Origin: an uncultured delta proteobacterium
Lineage (GTDB): Bacteria; Desulfobacterota; Binatia; UBA9968
DNA: 64,000 nucleotides
Reading direction: 5' to 3'
Assembly: GCA_963755715.1 (NCBI GenBank)
Contig: CAVWLW010000003.1
Location: 73,351 to 137,350, forward strand
Shown here: in pieces, positions 32,714 through 43,278 of the stretch
How the letters are laid out: each line of letters starts with the position of its first letter
Position numbering within the stretch: position 1 is the stretch's first letter
Program-made: the position numbers and the translations under genes
Notes under the pieces: model-generated
The model's database searches: none
Told to the model about the DNA's origin: nothing
What the model saw: the letters and a program-made list of their open reading frames with translations, nothing else

Positions 32714-33895
32714 TTATTTCAGTTTCCCCCACTGTTTCCATGTCAGCACGAGGCCAAAAGCGCACATCACGGCCGCTGTGATGTACATCCACTGATAGCC
32801 GGCGAGATCGACGACGAAGCCATTTAGCAATGCGCCTGTTCCGTTGCTCAAGGGAAAGGCGACAGAAAAACTCGCCATGGCGCGTCCGCGCCGTTCAGCG
32901 GGAGCCTGCTCCATCGCCAATGCGAGAATGCGCGCGCCGCCGATGGCAGAGCCCAAATACCAAAGCGCGCCGGCGCAAATGATGCCAGCGAGATCCGTAA
33001 CGATCGGCATGATCAGCAAAGCAATGGTTTCCAAGCCAAAGGCGACGATGAGCGAGCGGCCGCAGCCGATTTTATCCGAGAGCCGGCCGAGCAGCGGACG
33101 TGCGAGCGTGCTGGTGATGCCGATGGCGACGTAGTACCAACCGAAATGGCTGACATCGAGTTGACGGGCGTAAAGCACGACGAAGCTGGAAAGACAGGGC
33201 AGCGAAAGATGCAGCACGAAAAGGAGAGTCGCAGCCAATAGGATGTGGCGGTCGAATATGTTGATGATCTCGCGCCACCAGGATTCGCTTGGCTCCGACT
33301 CGCTCCGAGGCTGGTGGCGCGGAATTTCTCGCGACAGCATATACGCTGCTGCCGCACCCATAAGAACCAGGCTCATGGCGACGAAAAACACCGCGTTGAA
33401 ACCGCCGCGCGGAGCCTCGATGATCCACAAAGCGACGGCCGGAAACAAAATCGTCGCCGTGGACTGCACGCCGCCGTAGTAGCCGGATGCTTCGCCGCGC
33501 CGATCCGCTGGCGCCGCGGTGGCGAGCAGCGTGTAGCCGCCGGTGTTCATGCCGGACCAGCCAATGCCTCTAAAACCGTTGGCAATCATCGTCGCGCCGG
33601 CGAGAGGAATGAAGCAGATCAGATTGCTCAGCGTTTGCGTGAGCAGGCCGAGAATCATCACGCCTGTAACGCTCCAGCGATCGGCCCAATAGCCGATGAT
33701 TGGCCGCGAGATCACGCTGGTGACGCCGAAGGACGCGATCACCAGTCCGACAATAAAAGGCGAACCGCCGAGGTGAGTAATGTAAAGCGGGAACGTCGGT
33801 TGGAGAACGAAATGCTGCGCGTAGCCCAGGAATTCAGCCAGGCAAAGCAGAGCGAAGGCGCGGGTCCAGATCGATTCAAGTTTAGGCTTTGGCAT
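32714..33895 (-). CDS. MFS transporter
   Basis: 12-TM pattern, GYWADRW, GRLSDKIG motif A. Confidence 0.9.
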   Translation of the reverse strand: MPKPKLESIWTRAFALLCLAEFLGYAQHFVLQPTFPLYITHLGGSPFIVGLVIASFGVTSVISRPIIGYWADRWSVTGVMILGLLTQTLSNLICFIPLAGATMIANGFRGIGWSGMNTGGYTLLATAAPADRRGEASGYYGGVQSTATILFPAVALWIIEAPRGGFNAVFFVAMSLVLMGAAAAYMLSREIPRHQPRSESEPSESWWREIINIFDRHILLAATLLFVLHLSLPCLSSFVVLYARQLDVSHFGWYYVAIGITSTLARPLLGRLSDKIGCGRSLIVAFGLETIALLIMPIVTDLAGIICAGALWYLGSAIGGARILALAMEQAPAERRGRAMASFSVAFPLSNGTGALLNGFVVDLAGYQWMYITAAVMCAFGLVLTWKQWGKLK

Positions 33896-33909
33896 TGAAC
33901 CAGAACGAA

Positions 33910-35106
33910 TCAGGCCGGTTCGGAGCGGAGATTTTGTGACTGGATCAAAGCGAAGATCAATCCCAATGACTGCAGCGCGGCCAACGCCAGAAACATGCCG
34001 ACGTAGCCGGCGACTTCGACAGTGCTGCCGGTGAGGAGCGAGCCGACGCCATAGCTCAGCGGGTAAGCGATCGAGAACGTCGCCATTTGTTTGCCGCGGC
34101 GCTCCGGATCAGCGCGCTCCAGAGCGAGCGCCAGTGTCGTCGAGCTGCCCAAGGCGTTGCCGAGCATGTAGAGCATGCCGCAACTGATCATGCCGGCGAG
34201 AGTCGAAACCGTCGTGATCGCCAGCAAGCCGATGATCTGCAAGCCAAATCCCGCGGCGATCGAAAGATCGCGGCCGATTTGATCCGAAAGGCGTCCGAGC
34301 AGCGGACGCGCGAGCAGGCTCGTGACGCCGACGACGATGAAAAAAGAGCCGAAATTGATGATGCCCAGTTCGCGCGCATAAAGCACGCTGAAGTTCGTGA
34401 TCGACGGCAGCGAGAGATTGAGCCAGAGGAGCATCACCGACGGCAGCAAGATATCGAGCTCGATGAAATGAAAGATCTCGCGCCACCACTGGCGCGAGAG
34501 TTCGGGGGACGCGTTTGATCGGGCGCGATGCGTCACGTGGCGAGCCATGGTGGCCCCAAGCGCTGCTCCAATCCAGGAAAAAATCGCAGTCGCTAGAAAC
34601 GCCGCGGTGAAACCACCGAACCACACTTGGAGAAGCCACAGAGCGAAGGCGGGAAACAGGATCGACGACGCGCTTTGCACCCCACTGTAAACCCCCGAGG
34701 CTTCGCCGCGGCGCGACTGCGGCGCGATGTGCGCCAAGAGCGAGTAGCCGCCGGTATTGAGACCACCCCAGCCGATGCCGCGCAAACCGTTGGCGAGCAT
34801 GGTGGTTCCTATCCAGGGAATGAAGCAGAAAAAAATACTCGCGCCCTGAAACAACAAGCCCGCGATCATGACACCTGCTTCGCTCCAACGATCGGCCCAA
34901 TGGCCGACGAGGGGCCGGATGATGACGCTGGTAGCGGCGAAGGTGGCAAGCACCATGCCGACGATAAAAGGCGAGCCGCCGAGCTGCGTGACATAGAGCG
35001 GTAAGATCGGCGCGAGCATGGCATTCTGCGCGTAGCCTAAAAACTGTGCCGCGCACAGGAGCAAAAACGTCCGGGTCCAGAGGGAATCGGGTTTCGCGGT
35101 CGTCAT
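33910..35106 (-). CDS. MFS transporter (tandem paralog)
   Basis: Colinear with 32714-33895 (FLGYAQ, RRGEASG, RPLLGRLSD). Confidence 0.9.
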   Translation of the reverse strand: MTTAKPDSLWTRTFLLLCAAQFLGYAQNAMLAPILPLYVTQLGGSPFIVGMVLATFAATSVIIRPLVGHWADRWSEAGVMIAGLLFQGASIFFCFIPWIGTTMLANGLRGIGWGGLNTGGYSLLAHIAPQSRRGEASGVYSGVQSASSILFPAFALWLLQVWFGGFTAAFLATAIFSWIGAALGATMARHVTHRARSNASPELSRQWWREIFHFIELDILLPSVMLLWLNLSLPSITNFSVLYARELGIINFGSFFIVVGVTSLLARPLLGRLSDQIGRDLSIAAGFGLQIIGLLAITTVSTLAGMISCGMLYMLGNALGSSTTLALALERADPERRGKQMATFSIAYPLSYGVGSLLTGSTVEVAGYVGMFLALAALQSLGLIFALIQSQNLRSEPA

Positions 35107-35366
35107 TCAAATGTCGGGCGGATTCAGATTCTTCGCGCGGACCTGTCGAGGTTCAGACGAGAACGGCAAAGCGACTCCAAATTAACACGAAGCGAAGGTG
35201 GAAGCGAGTTGGATTTTTAAGGCGATACACCGTTCCGTTATCGTTGCGGTGTTATTTCTGTCGTGTTCCCTTGCAGGCGAATTTCAATTCAGAGCAATCA
35301 AACCAATCGTAATACAAATATACCGCTCGGTCGGTCAGGATTTTAGCAAATAGTTTTAGTGCTCAG

Positions 35367-35738
35367 TTACCTACAGTGGTTACGCACTGAAGCCACCGCA
35401 AACTGATATTGATTATAGCTCTTTATCACTCGACCAAAATCGACAGAACAGTCATCGCGAAAATTAGGGTTGGAAGTCGCACACGCACCGAACCGGCGAG
35501 AATAGCTTTCAACGATCGACGCAACCAGTTTTGCTTGCGCGATGGCAGACAGACACATGCCACTCTGATCATCATCCTCAAATCCAGAAGAAGGTTTTTT
35601 CTGCTCTTGAGTCTCTTTCGTTGTGTCCTGCTTCTTAGTTTGAGCAAGAACGCGCTCAGTTTGCGGCGCCGCTAAGAGAAACAGAGCGATAACGCCACTT
35701 ATACAAACAATGGAACAGATAGATTTCAATTTAGGCAC
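35367..35738 (-). CDS. Hypothetical secreted protein with 4 Cys in the mature part
   Basis: Hydrophobic N-terminus, A-Q cleavage-like site, gagg RBS before the GTG start. Confidence 0.55.
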   Translation of the reverse strand: MPKLKSICSIVCISGVIALFLLAAPQTERVLAQTKKQDTTKETQEQKKPSSGFEDDDQSGMCLSAIAQAKLVASIVESYSRRFGACATSNPNFRDDCSVDFGRVIKSYNQYQFAVASVRNHCR

Positions 35739-36049
35739 CTCACTGCGGTGATGGAGTCCCCGCTGCGTCTCTGGCTATGTTCCCAATTTAGGGCTGCGAA
35801 GCAGGAAGCGAGCCGCATTGCTCAACTCGCCGCCCCTACTCTTGATGTCAGCATGATTCGCTCAAACTGTTCAAGCATAGCATTACGGCGCCCGAAAAAC
35901 ATGAGGTCGCAGGCCGTCTCTTAATCGACGCATCCCCGCAGCTGAAAATAAATCGTCGTTGCGGGCCACTCGTCTAGGACTTCCCGGAAGTTGACTTCTG
36001 TGTTCTCCTGTGGCATTTCTGCGGGCCATTATAATTGGGCAGGTACAAC

Positions 36050-36172
36050 ATGGATGTTTTGAACTGGATTCTCCTGTCTATAGGCGGGATTTGTTTCGCA
36101 TTGGTGCTTTTGCTTTTGTGGCTCGGCCCGCCCAGTCGACACCATTCGACACTGCTACAGATGCTTCCTTCT
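36050..36172 (+). CDS. Putative 40-aa single-TM peptide
   Basis: Hand translation MDVLNWILLSIGGICFALVLLLLWLGPPSRPFDTATDASF*. Confidence 0.35.
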
Positions 36173-36258
36173 AAGCCCCCGCTGACCCATGACGATGCCG
36201 ATTAAGCCGCGAAGACGGCAAAGTCGTTAACGGGCTCGCGAATTGCGCTTGTTCCAGT

Positions 36259-36389
36259 TGCCCGCACAACGAGGAGACCGAGATCGAAATTCGCCAGGTG
36301 TTCGAGGCTGAAGACTTGGCGCCGAATTCACTCCCGAGCTGAGGGAGCAAGAGGATCGCCTTCGCGCTCAGATCGTTGAGAAGAAATAA
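36259..36389 (+). pseudogene. C-terminal remnant of a YciI/DGPF-family gene
   Basis: CPHNEETEIEIRQVFEAED/GAEFTPELREQEDRLRAQIVEKK* with one indel; no N-terminus. Confidence 0.7.
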
Positions 36390-36682
36390 TTATCGTGATT
36401 TCGTCCGGCATTGGCCAATGATGCCCCGAGTCGATTGCCGTGATGGCTTCGACAAACACCGCGGGATCGCCCCAGTCCGGCAGCGGCGGTCTCGTGCAGC
36501 GTATACGAGGTTGAAACCGTCAAGCATTTTTCGCCCGCGCTGGCCGGGTTGGATTTGAAGAGCGAGTTTTTCGACAGCCTGTAAAGATCTGACCGCCTAG
36601 GTTCTCCAGTCATATTGCTTGCCGCACCCCTTGAAGTGACGATTTCCGCTGGTTAGTCTTAGTTAATTGCGCCGGGGATTGC

Positions 36683-37165
36683 ATGCTTTACCTGCCTAGC
36701 TATGCAGCTGCCTTTCGCTGTATCGGTCAAGAATTGCAAAGCCAAAACATCGAAGTATTCGAGTTAAAAAGCTACGCTAATGAGTTTCGCCTGCAATGCG
36801 GAGATCCAAATCCACCGTATACGGGTGTCATAGAAATGCTGTTTTCGAAAGAGAAGATACAGATGATCGATCGTGCGGGGCGAAGACGGCGGGGTCAGTC
36901 GATCGGTCAGATACGATTCGACAGCATTCCCGAAATACTTCGCACCGTGGGGGAATACATCGACAGAAAAAGCGGCTACCTGCGCTGGATTAACAACAGC
37001 GGTTCTTCGTCCGAATCGGCTTTGGACCTCGAATATCAAACCAGGGCTGGACAGGTCCAGCTGGAAACTCTGACTATGAGTTTCATCCGCGAGGCTTGTG
37101 TGCGGATGTATAAAAGACGCGCCGATCTCAACAATCCCGTTAATTTACTGACGCGTAAGCGCTAA
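36683..37165 (+). CDS. Hypothetical protein with an internal two-fold repeat
   Basis: 160 aa; AFRCIGQEL and ILRTVGEYI segments resemble each other. Confidence 0.6.
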   Translation: MLYLPSYAAAFRCIGQELQSQNIEVFELKSYANEFRLQCGDPNPPYTGVIEMLFSKEKIQMIDRAGRRRRGQSIGQIRFDSIPEILRTVGEYIDRKSGYLRWINNSGSSSESALDLEYQTRAGQVQLETLTMSFIREACVRMYKRRADLNNPVNLLTRKR

Positions 37166-37293
37166 GGTTCATCGTCGGGCCGCAGCAGGTTTTTTCAAGA
37201 AGAGATCGTGTTGTGGCTTCCTACAGAATGCGGAGAAGTGTGATCGAGTCGAAAATAGTAACTCAATACTTCGGCAAGCCTCGGACTTATCGG

Positions 37294-37755
37294 TTATCTC
37301 ATCCCTCCCGCGGACGCGAAACTTTGATCCGGCATTTCGTGAAGCATCGGTTCGGGTGAAGGTAACAATTTTTGCCCGTGTCCGACCATCCCAGAAAGAA
37401 AATTGTAATCGCATGCATCGCAAATAAGCGCTGAGAGTGGTAGTTGCTCGGCACAGTTCGGACACTTCTTGAGCGCCGGGATATGGTGTCTTTCAAAGAA
37501 TCGAGCGGCAGTGGAATTATCCATCGGATCGCTTCTCGCTGTAAAAGATTTCCTTTTTGCGATCCTGACCGCGAGAAAAACCAGGATCAATGCGATCGCA
37601 GAAAAATGAAGAATATTTAAGCCTCCCGCTATCATAAGCGTGCTCCCATCCGTCACTATGAGTTTCGCTAAGGTGGAAAAATTTCCTGTAATGGCTTCGT
37701 ACATTGGCTTCTCCAAAATGACATGATGTAGAGCAACAGCGGTGCCGCGAAGCAA
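37294..37755 (-). CDS. Membrane-anchored zinc-ribbon protein
   Basis: TM helix followed by CPNC...CDAC; start uncertain. Confidence 0.6.
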   Translation of the reverse strand: MLRGTAVALHHVILEKPMYEAITGNFSTLAKLIVTDGSTLMIAGGLNILHFSAIALILVFLAVRIAKRKSFTARSDPMDNSTAARFFERHHIPALKKCPNCAEQLPLSALICDACDYNFLSGMVGHGQKLLPSPEPMLHEMPDQSFASAGGMR

Positions 37756-37959
37756 TCTCTATGAATTACGTGAAAATGACATGCATATCTATAACTACTC
37801 CAATAATTTCCAACATCAAACTGCCTCAATTCTACCCGGAGATCGAAAATCGGGTTTTTTCGCCCGTGGTCCTTGGGGATGACCGAGAAAAAGTTTTAGT
37901 TAGAAACCTATAAGGGAATGCGCCGCGATAAACGGAAAAGAACTGGGTAGTCCAAATGG

Positions 37960-38169
37960 ATGAACCTCAAGCCAGCGCAGGCGGCCATAGTCTACGACTC
38001 CGTGCGCGAGACTTTCTCCAAGAACGGCGTGCCTACCGAGGAGCAAGCGAAAGCTTACATCACGATGCTCGGCTCGACCGCCGGACTGAAGGGAGATTTG
38101 CCCGCCGCGGCGATATTCGATTTTTCCCCCGCCGCCGAGGCGGCCAAAGAGTGGGCGGCGAGAAAATAA
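37960..38169 (+). pseudogene. C-terminal remnant of an NMT1-like substrate-binding protein
   Basis: YDSVRETFSKNGVPT...IFDFSPAAEAAKE resembles the tails of the NMT1-like paralogs; upstream DNA is AT-rich and unrelated. Confidence 0.65.
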
Positions 38170-38278
38170 GCATAGCTGCGCACCGAAAGATTCAACGAAA
38201 CTACACGATGCCTAAAGATGCTCGCAGGAAAAAGCTACCGAACAACGGACGGCGCATCGCGAGAAGGGAGTGATAGCA

Positions 38279-39358
38279 ATGGCGCGGCAAACCATGCACA
38301 AAGCTTACCGGTTGGCGGCGGTGCTTAGCGTTCTTTTGGCGAGTCACGCGCGGGTTCAGGCGCAGACGTTGAACGAGCTCGTCGCCGGCGCAAAAAAGGA
38401 AGGGGAACTGTCCTTCGTTGCCGGGCCAACGACTTTTGGCGGCCGGCAAGCCTTTGCGGACCTGCAGGGTATCTTCAACAAAAAATTCGGCCTCAATGCC
38501 CGCCTCAACTTGACCGCGGGACCGAGCATGCCGGCAATGGCGGCGCGCATCATCACGGAAGCCAAAGCGGGGAGAAAGTCATCGACCGATGTCCATCTCG
38601 GTCCGCCGGCGACGCATGCGGAGCTCCACAATGAAAAACTCTTGGAACGCGTCAACTATTCGACCATCTTTCCCTGGGTGACGAAAGAAATGGAGATTCT
38701 GCCGGGTGATACGGTCTTGGTTTACACTTCGCTGCAAGGAATTTTGTACAACTCCAAGCTATTGCCCAAGGACAAAGCGCCGAAGACTTACGAAGACCTC
38801 GTCGATCCGAAGCTCAGCCAGAGTTGGTCGGGCAAATTGGCCATTCCGCCCTACAGCTCCTGGTTGGTCGAGTTATCGCTCTTCTGGGGCGAAAAAAAAG
38901 TGCTCGATTATCTGCGCAGGCTACTGCCTTTGAGCGCCGGTCAAGTGCGCTACGGCGAAATCGAAGAGCGCGTGAGCAGCGGCGAGTTTCTCGTCATGGC
39001 CAACAGCGGTTCAGCGGTGGAAAGCATGTGGGAGTGGCAGGGCAAGGGGGCGCCGCTCGTGGGTATCACCGCTTCCGACCCGGTGCTGACGTCCTACTTT
39101 CAGCTCGGCGTGCCCAAGAACTCCACGCACCCGAACTTGGCGAAGCTCTTTGTCGCCTTCATGGCGTCGCCGGAAGCGCAGCGCGTCGTTGAAAAATATG
39201 AGCAGCGCTCATCGCATTTGGTGGCGGGAACGCGCATGGCGAAGTATGTAAAGGAAAACCGTCTAAAACTGCAGAGCGCCGGCGAACTGATCGCCTCGTA
39301 TCACGAGGGCAAAGGTCTCGAATTTAGAGCCGAGCTCACCAACATGCTCAAACAGTGA
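38279..39358 (+). CDS. Fe/thiamine-type substrate-binding protein #4 (paralog of the Rieske-array SBPs)
   Basis: AGAKKEGEL, AGPTTFGG, MAARII, HPNLAKLFV. Confidence 0.87.
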   Translation: MARQTMHKAYRLAAVLSVLLASHARVQAQTLNELVAGAKKEGELSFVAGPTTFGGRQAFADLQGIFNKKFGLNARLNLTAGPSMPAMAARIITEAKAGRKSSTDVHLGPPATHAELHNEKLLERVNYSTIFPWVTKEMEILPGDTVLVYTSLQGILYNSKLLPKDKAPKTYEDLVDPKLSQSWSGKLAIPPYSSWLVELSLFWGEKKVLDYLRRLLPLSAGQVRYGEIEERVSSGEFLVMANSGSAVESMWEWQGKGAPLVGITASDPVLTSYFQLGVPKNSTHPNLAKLFVAFMASPEAQRVVEKYEQRSSHLVAGTRMAKYVKENRLKLQSAGELIASYHEGKGLEFRAELTNMLKQ

Positions 39359-39416
39359 ACACGCTATGCGAGAAAACAAATTGCGCAGCGTGTTTCTGCA
39401 TTCTGAGCGTGCGGCT

Positions 39417-40139
39417 TCAGCGATTTCCTATCGGCTCCAACCCGCTTTTCGTGATGGCGTCAGCTGCTTCGGGAGACGATAGAAACCTGACAATCGCGCG
39501 AGCTGCATCCGAATCGCTGGTACTTGCCGCGACGCCGGCCGAGAACACGGAGACTTTCTGCACTTCCGGCGGCAACGGTGTCACGTGGTCTATGCCGGGC
39601 ACGGGAAGCAACTCGCTCAACTGCTGGAAGCCGATTTCCGCTTCCCCGCGCGCGACCACGGCGCCAACTCGCTCGCCACCGCCGATTAGCCGGCTTTTAC
39701 TCATCACCTGGTCGGCTATTCCCAAGCGCTGATATAGCTCGGTGGTGAGATATTCGCCGCTTACGCTGGCGGAGTACGCGATGGATTTCGCTTGCAAGAG
39801 TGTGTGCTTCAGCGCGTCGACCGTGCCGATATCCGGCTTCGGCGCTCCTGCCCGCACCGCCATGGCGATGGCCGAGCGCGCGACGGGAGTATAGCTATCG
39901 GCCATAATCAGGCTGTCCTTGATGAATCCAACCAGCACTCCGTCCGCGACGATGACCACATCGACGGCTTCGCCGCGTCGCAGCCGATTCGGGATCGAGG
40001 TTTCTCCCGTCCCTATGGACGTTGCGGCGGTCACGATTTTTTTCTTGGTCAGGAGTTCGAGTCGGGGAATGAGCTCAAGATAGGCCGCGGTAAATGCGCC
40101 CGAGGTCATGACCCGGATGTCATCTGTCATGGTATTCAT
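39417..40139 (-). CDS. ModA-like substrate-binding protein
   Basis: MTSGAFTAA, AKSIAYSASVSG, RGEAEIGFQQLSEL; no obvious signal peptide. Confidence 0.85.
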   Translation of the reverse strand: MNTMTDDIRVMTSGAFTAAYLELIPRLELLTKKKIVTAATSIGTGETSIPNRLRRGEAVDVVIVADGVLVGFIKDSLIMADSYTPVARSAIAMAVRAGAPKPDIGTVDALKHTLLQAKSIAYSASVSGEYLTTELYQRLGIADQVMSKSRLIGGGERVGAVVARGEAEIGFQQLSELLPVPGIDHVTPLPPEVQKVSVFSAGVAASTSDSDAARAIVRFLSSPEAADAITKSGLEPIGNR

Positions 40140-40469
40140 GGTTGGCTTCAGTTGTACTCTGAAAGTCGTTGCGATTGCCTACTTACAGCTTTTATCCCTA
40201 AAGCCTGCGAGTGATCAAGCTGTATGAAGCCGCCGCGATGTGTTCGAGCGTGTTCGTCGATACGTCTGATTCAAGCCCACGCTTGTGACTCAACATAATG
40301 AATGTGGACCTGGCACTTTGGACTGCTGATCAACTGGATTCGCTTTTTGTATGATCCGAGTCGAACAAAATAATTCCATTACTCCGGTCCGATTTGATCT
40401 AGAACTTTTGGACCCTTGAACTTTGAACGATTTTATTCACATTTAGTGTGAAGAATAGGAGATCATCCA

Positions 40470-41534
40470 ATGCCAATGATTGATGCCGATACGCATGTCG
40501 ACGAGTGTGAAGACACCTGGAAGAAGTTGGAGGGCACGCCGTACGCGAAGTACATACCGGTGACGGTTTCGATGCCGCCGGATGAAGCCAAACGCGCCGG
40601 CTATAACGCGACGACCAGCCGCTGCTGGGTGGTTGAAGGCAGGCTGCAGAACCGCGCCATCCGAGACGAAGTCAACCATCCTCCCCGGTTGCTACGAGAA
40701 CTTCAGGACGTGCCGGGCCGCGTCGCTCACATGGACAAGATGGGCGTCGACGTGCAGGTCATCTTCCCGACGTTTTTCATCCGCTACAATACCAGCAACG
40801 CCGAAGCCGAATGGGCCCTGACCACGACCTACAACCGCTGGCTCGCCGAGAAATGCGCGCAAACAAACGGAAGGCTGCGCTGGGCGGCTGTGTTGCCGCT
40901 GCTTAATCCTGACAAGGCCGTCGAGGAACTGCGTTGGGCGAAAGAGCACGGCGCCTGCGGTATTTTCAAGCGCGGCTTCGATCTCGACAGGAAGGTCACC
41001 GACCCACACTTTTTTCCGATTTACGAGGAAGCCAGCGCGCTCGACCTGCCTCTGTGCATCCACACCGGCCATCCGCTGCCGGGCCACGAATGGGACAGGG
41101 GCTTTCCGATCATGTACTCATTCACCGAGCTGGTGAGCTGCGGTCTTGCAAAGAAATTCCCGAAACTTCGCTTTGGGCTCATCGAGTCGGGAGCCTCGTG
41201 GATTCCCTATACGATCTCCCAGTTGGGCGCGGTAAAACGCCAATCGCTGCGCGGTCAGCAGAGTCGATTGCCGCGCCTGTTTGAACTGGAACCGGAATTG
41301 TTCCGCGCCAACCGGCTGTTCGTCACCATCGACCCGATCGACGACATCGAGTCTCTGCTGAAGTTCGGCACTGAAGATAACCTGATGATCGGCACCGACT
41401 ACAGCCATACCGACATCTCCGCCAACCTGAGCGCACTGGACGAAGTCCGCAGCTGGGCGGACGAGGGCAGGATCAGCAAGGCCCAAGCCCACAAGATTCT
41501 GGAGAGCAATTCCAAGGCATTCTACGGCCTGTAG
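40470..41534 (+). CDS. Amidohydrolase_2 family protein (decarboxylase/hydratase-like)
   Basis: IDADTH, DVQVIFPT, LCIHTG, GTDYSH. Confidence 0.9.
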   Translation: MPMIDADTHVDECEDTWKKLEGTPYAKYIPVTVSMPPDEAKRAGYNATTSRCWVVEGRLQNRAIRDEVNHPPRLLRELQDVPGRVAHMDKMGVDVQVIFPTFFIRYNTSNAEAEWALTTTYNRWLAEKCAQTNGRLRWAAVLPLLNPDKAVEELRWAKEHGACGIFKRGFDLDRKVTDPHFFPIYEEASALDLPLCIHTGHPLPGHEWDRGFPIMYSFTELVSCGLAKKFPKLRFGLIESGASWIPYTISQLGAVKRQSLRGQQSRLPRLFELEPELFRANRLFVTIDPIDDIESLLKFGTEDNLMIGTDYSHTDISANLSALDEVRSWADEGRISKAQAHKILESNSKAFYGL

Positions 41535-41808
41535 AAAAGAAGACTCGGCCGTGATCGTTGATGTCTTAAACGGCTTGAACGTCTGGAACCATTTGAGCGG
41601 CCAAGTCGATCAGTCCCTTGTCAACGGAACTTGCATTGACACCGAGGGCGGCGCATGGCGCCGCTCTCGGTGCTGACAATCAGGACTTTGTGGTAAGTTT
41701 TGCTGCGCAAAATTCTCCGAACGAATTCTCAACAAGAGTTGGGGCGAGAGATCGAGTGAAAGCCTTGACCCCTCGCCCCAGGGAGTTTTTGATTGCATGC
41801 GCGCCGGC

Positions 41809-42061
41809 TCAGTCGTCATAGGCGCGGCGATTGGAGCTTCTGCAGCAACCAAAAATGTCGTACAGCGCGCCGGCCGTCCCTCCGACTCCGGCTCCGATCG
41901 CGGCGCTTCGGCCAACATTGGAATGCGTGCGCGGCGCCAATGCCGGCACCCGCTGCTCCGCCAACCGTCGCGCCGGTCAAAGTTCCACAGCCGCCGATTG
42001 CAAGCGCCAGCAAGCAGAGGCCGCAAATCGACGTAGTTATACATTTGAAAAGATCTGTCAT
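41809..42061 (-). CDS. Small glycine-zipper lipoprotein (frameshift near 41930)
   Basis: LALAIGGC lipobox-like site, GATVGGAAGAGIG / AAIGAGVGGTAGALYD. Confidence 0.6.
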
Positions 42062-42499
42062 GGGCCACCTCCTCAGAGGAAATACGATCGCAAAACATGT
42101 TCCATGATAGTCGCCGCGCAACTGGCGATTCTTTGAAGCCGAAAAAGATATCGAATCACGCGAAGTTGCGTTAACTACAGAAAACGAAAGTGTCTGGGAA
42201 AACTTACCCGTTTAATAGGTTTCAGACCGGAAGTGTTGCAGGATTTCACTGACAGATAAAAACGGAATTTCTTACTTCGATTTCAGCCGGGTCTGATCGC
42301 CTATTAAGCAATGGAATTTTATCGGTGCCGACAAGTTATTTTTATTTGCTCTAACGCGGCGCGTATCGCTGCATAAATTTTTTGCTTGGTCCGTGCCGAC
42401 AATGGTCACGCCGAGAGTAATCTGGTATTGCTAAAAACCGGGTATTAAGATGAGAGACAGGCAGAATTTTTCACAACTTGAGCGGCGCACGGGAGGCCG

Positions 42500-43183
42500 A
42501 TGAGCACAAACGGCGCGAAGGACATTCAATTTTTTGTCAACGAGAAAGCCGGCGCAGTGTCCGGTCTTCTTATCAAACCGAGCGATGCGCGCGGGTTGCT
42601 TCTGTTGGCGCATGGCGCGGGCGCAGGCATGCGCCACAGATTTATGGAAGACTTGGCGGCGAAGCTGGCGCAGCGCGGCGTCGCGACCTTGCGCTATCAG
42701 TTTCCTTATATGGAAAAGCGCACCAAACGGCCGGACTCCGAAGGCGTGCTCACGGACACGGTCCGCGCCGCAGTTACGGCGGCTAAGAAGCAAGCCGGGG
42801 ATTTGCCGCTGTTTGCCGGCGGAAAGTCGATGGGCGGACGCATGACGTCTTTGGCGGCGGCCCAAGCGCCGCTGGACGGCGTGCGCGGCTTGATTTTTTT
42901 CGGATTCCCGCTGCATGCCGCCGGCCGGCCCGGCGCGGAGCGCGGCGAGCATCTCGCGGATGTGACAGTGCCGTTGCTTTTTCTCCAGGGTTCGCGCGAT
43001 GCGCTGGCGGAGCTGAAGCTTCTCAAGCCGCTCTGCGCAAAGCTCGGCAAACGCGCCGAATTGTTCATCGTCAACGGAGGCGATCATTCGTTCCATATGC
43101 TCAAGAGCGCCGGAAAGTCGGATGAAGAAGTTTTAGGGACGGTGACCGATAAGGCGGCGACGTGGATGGAAAAAAATACATGA
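42500..43183 (+). CDS. Alpha/beta hydrolase (KANL3/Tex30-like)
   Basis: HGAGAGM, GGKSMGG nucleophile elbow, QGSRD, GDHSF. Confidence 0.9.
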   Translation: MSTNGAKDIQFFVNEKAGAVSGLLIKPSDARGLLLLAHGAGAGMRHRFMEDLAAKLAQRGVATLRYQFPYMEKRTKRPDSEGVLTDTVRAAVTAAKKQAGDLPLFAGGKSMGGRMTSLAAAQAPLDGVRGLIFFGFPLHAAGRPGAERGEHLADVTVPLLFLQGSRDALAELKLLKPLCAKLGKRAELFIVNGGDHSFHMLKSAGKSDEEVLGTVTDKAATWMEKNT

Positions 43184-43278
43184 ATCGTTCAGGTTCGAAG
43201 TATGAGGGTTTGGCTCACACCTTGAGACGACGTAGTAGGATGGATTGAGTGGAGAGACTTCAAGCGAGTTAAATCAGC

